Shown: one piece after another, positions 17,689 to 24,819 of the stretch | Layout: each line of letters starts with the position of its first letter | How positions within the stretch are numbered: position 1 is the first letter of the stretch | Sequence record: MF498774.1 | DNA: 64,000 bases | Reading direction: 5' to 3' (one strand) | Position numbers and translations under genes: made by a program | Notes under the pieces: generated by a model | The model's database searches: none | What the model saw: the letters and a program-made list of their open reading frames with translations, nothing else | What the model was told of the DNA's origin: nothing

Positions 17689-18024
17689 ATGTTGGTAGAA
17701 AGTTTGTCTGTTGGTGTTGTTTGTCTTGGTCTGGCATATGGTCTTGACAAGTTTTTAGGAACTGGTATATTTTCTTGGAAAGAGAAAACCCCATCAAAAC
17801 TGATGCGATCTAACGCAGATCAAGATTCAGTAATGAGGAACCAACACCACCAAAAAGGTATGATCGCCAAAAATGTGTTTGGTAAATTTTATGGTGGAAA
17901 ACACAAAGCTAGGGTAAGTTATACCGAGAAAGAAATTTGTGTCCCTCACCCGGTAATTGTTAACTTTATTAACAACCTTTATAAAGAAAGGAAACAAAAA
18001 TGTGTAACGAAGAATTGCAAGTAA
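17689..18024 (+). CDS. Hypothetical protein with N-terminal hydrophobic helix
   Basis: GAGG SD; LSVGVVCLGLAYGL segment. Confidence 0.7.
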   Translation: MLVESLSVGVVCLGLAYGLDKFLGTGIFSWKEKTPSKLMRSNADQDSVMRNQHHQKGMIAKNVFGKFYGGKHKARVSYTEKEICVPHPVIVNFINNLYKERKQKCVTKNCK

Positions 18025-18323
18025 AATACCCAAACATTTATTTTTCGAAGTACTGCACAGGGTCTTATTGGCGAAAAGGGGTTGGTGGTCGAGATGCAGA
18101 AGCACTCCCACGAAACAAACCACTTGAGTTCCTTAACGAACAGTGTGGTTTGGTAAATGTAGGTGTTCGATATTTTGTATGTACTTGTTGTGGTACTGCA
18201 CAAGACGAAGACCAACTTGTTGGTAATGTGTTTGCTGGGAAATATTGCAAAACCTGCTATGACAAAGAGCCACAAATTCGCAAATCTATTGCTGAAAGCA
18301 AAAAACCCGGTTTTTACGACTAA
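18000..18323 (+). CDS. Putative Zn-binding protein
   Basis: CTCC...CKTC pairs; AAGGA SD. Confidence 0.7.
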   Translation: MCNEELQVKYPNIYFSKYCTGSYWRKGVGGRDAEALPRNKPLEFLNEQCGLVNVGVRYFVCTCCGTAQDEDQLVGNVFAGKYCKTCYDKEPQIRKSIAESKKPGFYD

Positions 18324-18326
18324 ATA
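18320..18326 (+). promoter_or_regulatory. Late promoter upstream of rnlB
   Basis: CTAAATA 12 nt before the rnlB ATG. Confidence 0.55.
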
Positions 18327-18338
18327 AAAGGAAATAAT

Positions 18339-19340
18339 ATGATTTTTGTAAAATATAACTCTCTTGAGAACCACTATCGTCAAAACGTCATCGACTCTTT
18401 TGCAACTTCCGGATATACTGCAAAGGGTGTTGAATGGGTTGCAATGGAAAAGATTCATGGTACTAATTTTCAACTTGCTGTAAATGATGAACATGTACAG
18501 GCTGGTCGTCGAACTGATCTTCTTGGTGATTTTGACCAGTTTTATGAAGCAGACCTGATTGTAAAGAAATATCATGATAATGCCCGAAAAGTATACAACT
18601 TTGTTAAACAAAAACACCCAGAAGTTGATCAAGTTACAATCTTCGGGGAATATGCCGGTAATCTTACTACTGGAAAAATGATTCAAAAAGAAGTAGAGTA
18701 TGGAGATCAAGACTTTTATGTGTTTGATATCTTCATTTTCTCTGGTGAAACTGGAATGTACCTCTCCCACGATTTCGTTATGGATGCAATCGATGGGATC
18801 TTCAAACATGCCCCTGTTATCTACCGTGGGGATTTCGATGGTGTAACAAAACTCCCGAACGACTTCCAATCAGTTGTTATCCCAAGCAACAAAGCAGGAA
18901 AATTCGATCTTGTTGAAGGAACTGATAACATTGCGGAGGGGTTTGTTGCGAAGACAGTAGACCCACATTATACCCGTCAAGGTCGGACTATTTTCAAATC
19001 TAAAAACTCCAAGTTTACAGAGAAAGGGAAATCTGACAAACCGGTAAAGGTAAAAGAGCCTCTGGGTGAATCAGATCTTGCTATGGTTCATGAGATTGCT
19101 GAATATATCAACGTGAATCGTCTTAAAAATGTCCTCAGTAAGATTGGGATCCCTACCACCAAAGAGTTTGGTAAGGTTTCTGGTAACCTCTCGAAAGACG
19201 CAATTGAAGATTTCACGAAGGATACCAGCAAAAATCTACGAGATGCAGAACGTCCTTCTGATGTAGGTAAAGCAGTGAACAACCTAGCAGGGGAACTTGT
19301 TCGGGAACACTGGATGAATATCCTTGATGGAAATTTCTAA
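18339..19340 (+). CDS. rnlB: RNA ligase 2
   Basis: KYNSLENHY, EKIHGTNF, FGEYAG, FDI, EGFV, FKSKNSKFTEK and C-terminal domain YINVNRLKNVLSKIG. Confidence 0.95.
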   Translation: MIFVKYNSLENHYRQNVIDSFATSGYTAKGVEWVAMEKIHGTNFQLAVNDEHVQAGRRTDLLGDFDQFYEADLIVKKYHDNARKVYNFVKQKHPEVDQVTIFGEYAGNLTTGKMIQKEVEYGDQDFYVFDIFIFSGETGMYLSHDFVMDAIDGIFKHAPVIYRGDFDGVTKLPNDFQSVVIPSNKAGKFDLVEGTDNIAEGFVAKTVDPHYTRQGRTIFKSKNSKFTEKGKSDKPVKVKEPLGESDLAMVHEIAEYINVNRLKNVLSKIGIPTTKEFGKVSGNLSKDAIEDFTKDTSKNLRDAERPSDVGKAVNNLAGELVREHWMNILDGNF

Positions 19341-19349
19341 AAATAAATG

Positions 19350-19387
19350 AAAAAGGCTTGCCAATGGGTGAGCCTTTTTGATATCTT
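19350..19387 (+). promoter_or_regulatory. Terminator hairpin overlapping an early promoter
   Basis: AAAAAGGCT...AGCCTTTTT encloses TTGCCA; -10 TATCTT follows at 18-nt spacing. Confidence 0.55.
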
Positions 19388-19423
19388 ATCCATATCGAAA
19401 CAAGAGACAAAAAGGAACGAACC

Positions 19424-20059
19424 ATGAACAACGAAAAATTCAATGAAATTATGGAAAACGTAGTTGGTATGGTTGAAGCCGGTTTTGTTTCTAAGGCCGG
19501 TCAGAAACGCGCCCTGAACGAATGCGCAAAAATGATGGAACTGGTGCGGGCCGAATTCTCTTCTTTCTATCTGGACTCCATCAACATCGAACAGCGTAAT
19601 ATGAATCTTCCGGAACACGAAGCAGCGGTAGACCTTTATTATGCACAACCAAACACCGCGACTTTCGCCAAATATCTGGTAAAAGCAGAAAAAGCAATGC
19701 CTTGGATGGATAAAGCTCTGTGTGAAGAATTGGTTTCTATGGGTGAACAGGTTGTTGCTATGATTGCAACAGTTAAAAACGCTCCCATCAACCAACCAGA
19801 ACCGAAAGTTAGCGAGAAGGAAGCCGTTATCAAGAAAAACATCATGGAGATCATGGAACTTCGGGGTGAACAGTTCAACCGGTGTCTTCGTTTGGATGAG
19901 ATGTTTGGTCGGATGATGGTAACCGCTAACGTTCACCTTGTTCGTGGACACAAAGGTACTGTGTTTGTTCGCGCCTTCTACTACGTTTGTGGACACCTGA
20001 CTCCCCTGAATGTCATCATTGCTGCTATGGAAGAAGCAGCAAAAAAAGAAACAAAATAA
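19424..20059 (+). CDS. Hypothetical early protein (211 aa)
   Basis: AAGGA SD; C-terminal VTANVHLV...FVRAFYYVCGHLTPLNVIIAA looks like a recurrent phage family. Confidence 0.8.
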   Translation: MNNEKFNEIMENVVGMVEAGFVSKAGQKRALNECAKMMELVRAEFSSFYLDSINIEQRNMNLPEHEAAVDLYYAQPNTATFAKYLVKAEKAMPWMDKALCEELVSMGEQVVAMIATVKNAPINQPEPKVSEKEAVIKKNIMEIMELRGEQFNRCLRLDEMFGRMMVTANVHLVRGHKGTVFVRAFYYVCGHLTPLNVIIAAMEEAAKKETK

Positions 20060-20080
20060 CTTTAAATTGAGGAATGAAAA

Positions 20081-20800
20081 ATGAAAAAGCGGTTTGTTAG
20101 TTTTGCTATCTTAGGTGCTATGTGTGCTATTAGTGTGGTACAGGTTAATGCGGCATCTTTTGACTGTGAGAAAGCATCGAGTAAAATAGAGCGAACTATT
20201 TGTGCAGACGAACGGCTGAGTGAATCAGATGAGAAACTGAATTCTGTTTATAAAGAAGTTCGAAAAATTAACCCAGCGATCATCGAAGGTCAGCGAGATT
20301 GGGTCAAACGTCGTAATAAAGCATCTTCAATCGAAGAACTTGACCAACTCCATGAAACACGGATCCAAGAACTTGAATCCATGCTTAAACCAATCATCGA
20401 ACAAGATGATGAAAGTGTATTCACCCGTTCTGAACAACCAAAAATCAAGAAAGTGTCTGTTGTTGAAAATAAAAACGTAGTGAAAGACATTAAATATTAT
20501 GTCGATGAAGTACAACGCACTGGTGGAATGACTAATAAGGATGGATTCTTTTCTGCAAAAGTAGTGGGAAAGGGTTATCCTAGTTGGTTAAAAGATTGTG
20601 GGATGGTTGTAGGAGAAGCACACGATACAAAATATTTCATTAATGACGCCAATAAATATGGTCAATTTGATATCTATATTCAGAACGAATTGAGCTTTAA
20701 AAATGTTGCTGCGAACATGATGATCAAATATATGGTGGATTCCGTAAAAGGTGATTTGGGTCTTGTTAAAATCATGTGTGATTCCGGAGAATTGTATTAA
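20081..20800 (+). CDS. Secreted LprI/DUF1311-like (lysozyme-inhibitor family) protein
   Basis: Signal peptide MKKRFVSFAILGAMCAISVVQVNA, then ASFDCEKAS..IERTIC...LS..DEKLNSVY...QRDWVKRRN. Confidence 0.75.
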   Translation: MKKRFVSFAILGAMCAISVVQVNAASFDCEKASSKIERTICADERLSESDEKLNSVYKEVRKINPAIIEGQRDWVKRRNKASSIEELDQLHETRIQELESMLKPIIEQDDESVFTRSEQPKIKKVSVVENKNVVKDIKYYVDEVQRTGGMTNKDGFFSAKVVGKGYPSWLKDCGMVVGEAHDTKYFINDANKYGQFDIYIQNELSFKNVAANMMIKYMVDSVKGDLGLVKIMCDSGELY

Positions 20801-21066
20801 TGAACCAAAAAGCTCGTGAATTGATGATAGAGCTATTCAATAGCGGGATCGAGTGTAAGTTGGTATCTTCATCCACAAGCTCTTATATCGACGTACAGGG
20901 GCATATGGTGAGGGTTTCAGACCATGGGGGTCACTCCAAATTCAAAGGAACTCAGATCAGGAAAGACCATGGCTATAAAAAGACCAAATATGGTATGATC
21001 TTTGGGTATAACGAGATTGGGATGGCAGTAAAATATCTCAAATCCCTAAATACATTAACAAACTAA
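20800..21066 (+). CDS. Hypothetical protein (88 aa, RVSDH motif)
   Basis: TAATG-coupled to the upstream gene. Confidence 0.7.
   Translation: MNQKARELMIELFNSGIECKLVSSSTSSYIDVQGHMVRVSDHGGHSKFKGTQIRKDHGYKKTKYGMIFGYNEIGMAVKYLKSLNTLTN
21046..21052 (+). promoter_or_regulatory. Late promoter for inh
   Basis: CCCTAAATA 26 nt before the ATG. Confidence 0.7.
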
Positions 21067-21078
21067 GAGGAATGCGAA

Positions 21079-21876
21079 ATGGCATTGAATTATGTAGAAG
21101 AACCAGTAGAAAAAGAAAATAAACCAAAAAAGTCTACTGCGAAAAAACAAAAAGAACTTGACCTCGGGGTAATCAACGAAATTGTTGATGCTAATACCGC
21201 ACCAGAAGCGAAAGCGAAAATTCAAGCATATGCTAAGGAATGTGGTTTTAAAATTAGCAAGTCTAATACTTCGGTTGACGATATGATCGTTAAACTCCTT
21301 GAAATGGCGGACGCCAAAGAGAATGAAAAACTGGACCTTGCACCGGAACCGAAAGAAAAAACCCCTTTTGTCGAACCAGTTGTAGTCGATGACGAATTCG
21401 ACAATGTAGATGAGGTTATTGAACTTGGTGTGGTTGAATCAATCAAAATTGATGATGGGGTGGTTAATATCAATACTCCCAACGATGTTAAAATTGAATT
21501 CACTCCACCGAAACAACCAGAATATATTGATTCTTCTGGGTTTAAAACTCTTGACGAATTAATTGAAGATGAAAAGAAGTTCGTTAAAGAAAAAATGAAT
21601 TTGGAAACTACTAAAGATACCCAAGAACCGGATTTGACTTATGGTTTCAAGCCGAAAGTAAATCTGATTGGGGCTGTTGGTAACCAATACCTCAATTGCC
21701 CGTATTGGATTCTTGATTGGATCCTTGAGAAAGGACCGTCTTGGAAGAGTATTATTGATACTCATGAACGCGAACCGGATAAAGCACTTCTGAAAACAGT
21801 TCTTTATTACATCCAGATTAATGGTAGTGTGACATTGCGCGAGAGTCGTAATTCTCGTTTCCATACCATTTACTAA
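21079..21876 (+). CDS. inh: Inhibitor of prohead protease gp21
   Basis: EAKAKIQAYAKECGFKI, GFKPKVNLIG, PYWILDWI and LYYIQINGSVTLRESRNSRF match T4 Inh. Confidence 0.9.
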   Translation: MALNYVEEPVEKENKPKKSTAKKQKELDLGVINEIVDANTAPEAKAKIQAYAKECGFKISKSNTSVDDMIVKLLEMADAKENEKLDLAPEPKEKTPFVEPVVVDDEFDNVDEVIELGVVESIKIDDGVVNINTPNDVKIEFTPPKQPEYIDSSGFKTLDELIEDEKKFVKEKMNLETTKDTQEPDLTYGFKPKVNLIGAVGNQYLNCPYWILDWILEKGPSWKSIIDTHEREPDKALLKTVLYYIQINGSVTLRESRNSRFHTIY

Positions 21877-21881
21877 TATCT

Positions 21882-21906
21882 AGCCATCCTACGGGGTGGC
21901 TTTTTT
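21882..21906 (+). terminator. Terminator after inh (same sequence as 1649..1674)
   Basis: AGCCATCC-TACG-GGGTGGC-TTTTTT. Confidence 0.85.
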
Positions 21907-21912
21907 GTATCC

Positions 21913-21919
21913 CTAAATA
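21913..21919 (+). promoter_or_regulatory. Late promoter for the 73-aa ORF
   Basis: CCCTAAATA followed by the palindrome ATTGACCA-TTT-TGGTCAAT. Confidence 0.6.
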
Positions 21920-21957
21920 CTAATTGACCATTTTGGTCAATATAATAAGGGTGTTAA

Positions 21958-22179
21958 ATGGAATACAATTTCATCGAAGTTAATGAAAATACTTTTGTTC
22001 TTACTGGATATTTCGGTTCTTATAATTTGATTGAAAGGTGGAAAAGACTTGAAGAAGATGACCATTTGATGATCGAGAAGATAAAGGAATATTTGGAGAG
22101 GGGAGATATTGTGGTTGTACATGATGTACAAGAAGATTTATTCGTTAAACTAGATGGAGATAAATTTTACGTTTTTTGA
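21958..22179 (+). CDS. Hypothetical protein (73 aa)
   Basis: AAGGG SD, upstream late promoter, downstream terminator. Confidence 0.7.
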   Translation: MEYNFIEVNENTFVLTGYFGSYNLIERWKRLEEDDHLMIEKIKEYLERGDIVVVHDVQEDLFVKLDGDKFYVF

Positions 22180-22226
22180 TTTCGTATTGTATCAGACATT
22201 ACGAATGTTTTTAACTTTTTATACTT

Positions 22227-22250
22227 AGGTGGTCGAGAGATCACCTTTTT
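22227..22250 (+). terminator. Terminator with GNRA loop
   Basis: AGGTGGTC-GAGA-GATCACCT-TTTT. Confidence 0.7.
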
Positions 22251-22283
22251 GTATATTTTATATACAAAATAAAATAGTTTCAC

Positions 22284-22312
22284 TTGCAATCAAAGTATAA
22301 AATCTCTATAAG
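22284..22312 (+). promoter_or_regulatory. Sigma70-type promoter upstream of the structured element and SLOG gene
   Basis: TTGCAA-17 nt-TATAAG with an AT-rich UP region. Confidence 0.55.
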
Positions 22313-22319
22313 TATTTAT

Positions 22320-22416
22320 ATAGAAGATCTATAATTAGAAAGAGTGTGAGCGAAGCGAACAGGCGGCTACGCCGTCTCACTACGTTCGAGATCTATTTAT
22401 TTATAATGCTATTTAG
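22320..22416. other. Structured non-coding element (GC-rich mini-hairpin cluster between AGATCTAT direct repeats)
   Basis: GCGAAGC (22350-56), GGCG-GCTA-CGCC (22362-73), GTGAG/CTCAC (22346-50/22376-80), CGAAC/GTTCG (22356-60/22384-88) and AGATCTAT at 22325 and 22389, inside very AT-rich DNA. Confidence 0.7.
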
Positions 22417-22434
22417 GTGTGTTAAAATATCATC

Positions 22435-22995
22435 ATGAAAAGGAAAATTGTAACTCTTATAGGAACCAGATATCCTAACGAAGAGTATAAACAGTTGATG
22501 ATAAGAATTGGAAAAGCTTTTTCTGATCGTGGTTATGGTGCTAGATCTGGTGGTGCCATTGGTTCTGATACGCTTTTCCTAACCGAATATGACCCAGCAT
22601 TAACCGTTGTATATCGTCCTGATGATAGACCCGGTTGTGTTAATGTCAAAAATCATGAAAACTATTATGAATTTGAATTGCTTGCTTCCCGTGTTCATGG
22701 GTCTGGTATTGGATGGGAATTTATGCCAATTGGTCACCAAGAATTACACGCTAGGAACGTTCCTCAAGTTATGGGATTAAATCTCAAGTCTTATTCTGAC
22801 TTAGTTGTATTTTGTGCGGAAGAATCGATACATGGTACTGTATCTGGTGGAACTGCTACTGCGGTTAAAATAGCAAGAAGCCTAAATATACCTACCCTAA
22901 ACATTATGAACCCAGTTCAAAGATCAAAACTTTGTAAATGGTTGGGTATTGATGATATACCAGTATTAGAAAAGGTTGACATTTTCAATCTCTAA
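22435..22995 (+). CDS. SLOG-superfamily (DprA/Smf/YpsA-like Rossmann) protein
   Basis: TLIGTR, SGGAIGSD, HARN..V.G and SGGTATAVKIAR...IP motifs. Confidence 0.8.
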   Translation: MKRKIVTLIGTRYPNEEYKQLMIRIGKAFSDRGYGARSGGAIGSDTLFLTEYDPALTVVYRPDDRPGCVNVKNHENYYEFELLASRVHGSGIGWEFMPIGHQELHARNVPQVMGLNLKSYSDLVVFCAEESIHGTVSGGTATAVKIARSLNIPTLNIMNPVQRSKLCKWLGIDDIPVLEKVDIFNL

Positions 22996-23033
22996 ATATT
23001 GTTGTGGAATAATAACAATAAACGAGGTTGAAA

Positions 23034-23378
23034 ATGAAAAGCTCACCACGTAAGATCGCCAGAACTGCGCATGATGCGATTCGACGGTTTAATTTAATAC
23101 TAGGCGACACCGATACATTGTGGAAAGAAGAACCCGAAAAGGTTAAACGGGTCTGGACTAAACATGTAACATATATAATCGACCACCCTGATTCTGATGC
23201 TCGAACTGTTCATGAGCTTTGGAGAAATTATAAAGAGGGAGAAGGTTGGATATTTGGTGAAGATAAATCTAGAGACGAGAAAACCCATCCATGTTTGACA
23301 TCTTACGATGAATTACATGAAATAGAAAAGATGAAATATTATATTTTCATCGAAACTGTTCTTGAGCAATCAAAATAA
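23034..23378 (+). CDS. Stand-alone RyR-repeat domain protein
   Basis: HELWRNYKEGEGWIFGEDKSRDEKTHPCLTSYDELHEIEK matches the RyR repeat consensus; ATG 23034 follows GAGG; CTAAATA at 22992-22998. Confidence 0.85.
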   Translation: MKSSPRKIARTAHDAIRRFNLILGDTDTLWKEEPEKVKRVWTKHVTYIIDHPDSDARTVHELWRNYKEGEGWIFGEDKSRDEKTHPCLTSYDELHEIEKMKYYIFIETVLEQSK

Positions 23379-23409
23379 AAAAGCCCCGACCTAAAAAGGT
23401 TGGGGCTTT
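23379..23409. terminator. Bidirectional terminator between the RyR gene and gene 24
   Basis: AAAAGCCCCGACC-TAAAA-AGGTTGGGGCTTT. Confidence 0.8.
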
Positions 23410-23456
23410 CTTTTATCCAGAATAAAGCTTCTACGTCTTTTTATCTGGAAAATTAA

Positions 23457-24686
23457 TTATGCGTAATCTTTCATTTCGACCATACACATACGAGCCAATT
23501 GAGACTTGTTGGCGGCACCTACCCAATCTTCCCCATCATATACCTTAGCCGGGTTGGATTCAATTTTTCTGAAATCTGGGCTAGTAGATAGAGCGTATCT
23601 TGAGATAATACCAACTACAGGTTGTAGTGCGTCCGGATCGGCAGCAACCATAAAAGTTCCTGCTTCGTCTTCTTCTATATACGGACTGTAATAAACTGCA
23701 CTTACTGTATCAACACTATCATCAAATTTAGCTTTAACACCAACCAGCATATAATGGACTGGTGTTTTTGTATCAACAATCAATTTCATTTTAGTACCGA
23801 TAATTCGGTGTTGATCGTCAACTAATCCAGACGTTTGAATAAGTGCGGCCACATGAGCAGAAGCAAGAATATAAGTCGGTTTGAATGTGGTATCCAAAGT
23901 AATTTGTGCAGCCATACGACATGCACGAGCAACAAGATCACGACCAGCAAAATATTCAGTGGTTGCTACATTGTACGGGGTTGCTTTAACTTCTTTAGAT
24001 GCAACGGTTACCAGCTTCATGATAATATCGCTGTTAATTTCTTCTGCGATGGCGACAGACAATAGATCTTCTACTGCGGCATCACCATCCATATTCATAC
24101 CACCCATATCTTGAAGAAGTTCTAGAGTGATGTTAGATTTTAGTTTGCGACTACGAACAACGGATTTCCATTTGTTCATTACATATCTGGTTTTTTGGAT
24201 TTCTTTATCTTCTTGTGTGTTCGGTACAATTGCGTCAACAACAAGACGAAGGTTACCAGTAAAGACATTCTCAAAAAGAGAATTCAAATCACCGGAGTAA
24301 TCACCATCATTGATAACTTGGAACACATAACCTTCACTGGCAAAATATGTTTTTGATACCATACTAGCACTACCGGCTGGTAATGCAGCAACGGCGGCCA
24401 TATCAAATTCACCACCATAATTACGGTTGTCAAGGTTAATATCCCGATGACTTTGATTGTCTTCGCTAATATACTCGTAACGTACACCAAATACGTTTGC
24501 TACTGGGTCTGTAGTTGGTTGAACACCAGCAAGCTCATCATAAATTTTATTAAATGTTTTGCGAGTTAGTGAAACTAAAGAAGGGCGACCCGTTACGATA
24601 TCACCACTACTAGATTCAACCAACCGCCCGGACATACCAGACTCTTTAATTAGGTCTTGTATTTTTTTGGAGACTACTTTAGCCAT
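23457..24686 (-). CDS. gp24: Capsid vertex protein gp24
   Basis: RPSLVSLTR, VQPT, RKLKSNITLELLQD, EEINSDI, YYSPY and SRYAL; follows gene 23. Confidence 0.93.
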   Translation of the reverse strand: MAKVVSKKIQDLIKESGMSGRLVESSSGDIVTGRPSLVSLTRKTFNKIYDELAGVQPTTDPVANVFGVRYEYISEDNQSHRDINLDNRNYGGEFDMAAVAALPAGSASMVSKTYFASEGYVFQVINDGDYSGDLNSLFENVFTGNLRLVVDAIVPNTQEDKEIQKTRYVMNKWKSVVRSRKLKSNITLELLQDMGGMNMDGDAAVEDLLSVAIAEEINSDIIMKLVTVASKEVKATPYNVATTEYFAGRDLVARACRMAAQITLDTTFKPTYILASAHVAALIQTSGLVDDQHRIIGTKMKLIVDTKTPVHYMLVGVKAKFDDSVDTVSAVYYSPYIEEDEAGTFMVAADPDALQPVVGIISRYALSTSPDFRKIESNPAKVYDGEDWVGAANKSQLARMCMVEMKDYA

Positions 24687-24709
24687 TTTTAAGATTCCTC
24701 TTTTTCTTT

Positions 24710-24763
24710 TATTTAGGGCTCATTCATTGGTTGACTGTATGAACTCTATCTAGTATTATTTAG
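24710..24763 (-). promoter_or_regulatory. Two tandem late promoters for gene 24
   Basis: TATTTAG at 24710-16 and 24757-63. Confidence 0.65.
24731..24759 (+). promoter_or_regulatory. Sigma70-type promoter facing antisense to gene 23
   Basis: TTGACT-17 nt-TATTAT; same hexamers and a similar spacer to the early promoter at 17132. Confidence 0.55.
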
Positions 24764-24780
24764 ACCAGTAAGAAAAACGA

Positions 24781-24809
24781 AAAGGGAACCCGAAGGTTCC
24801 CTTATTTTT
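24781..24809 (-). terminator. Terminator after gene 23 (potentially bidirectional)
   Basis: Minus strand AAGGGAACC-TTCG-GGTTCCCTTTT. Confidence 0.9.
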
Positions 24810-24819
24810 GGATTTGCTA

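Noticed and set aside
22346-22390. Structured element as a known self-cleaving ribozyme (hammerhead, twister, pistol, HDV-like)
   Set aside because: Conserved catalytic cores (e.g. CUGANGA/GAAA) are not evident on either strand; kept only as an unclassified structure pending an Infernal search.
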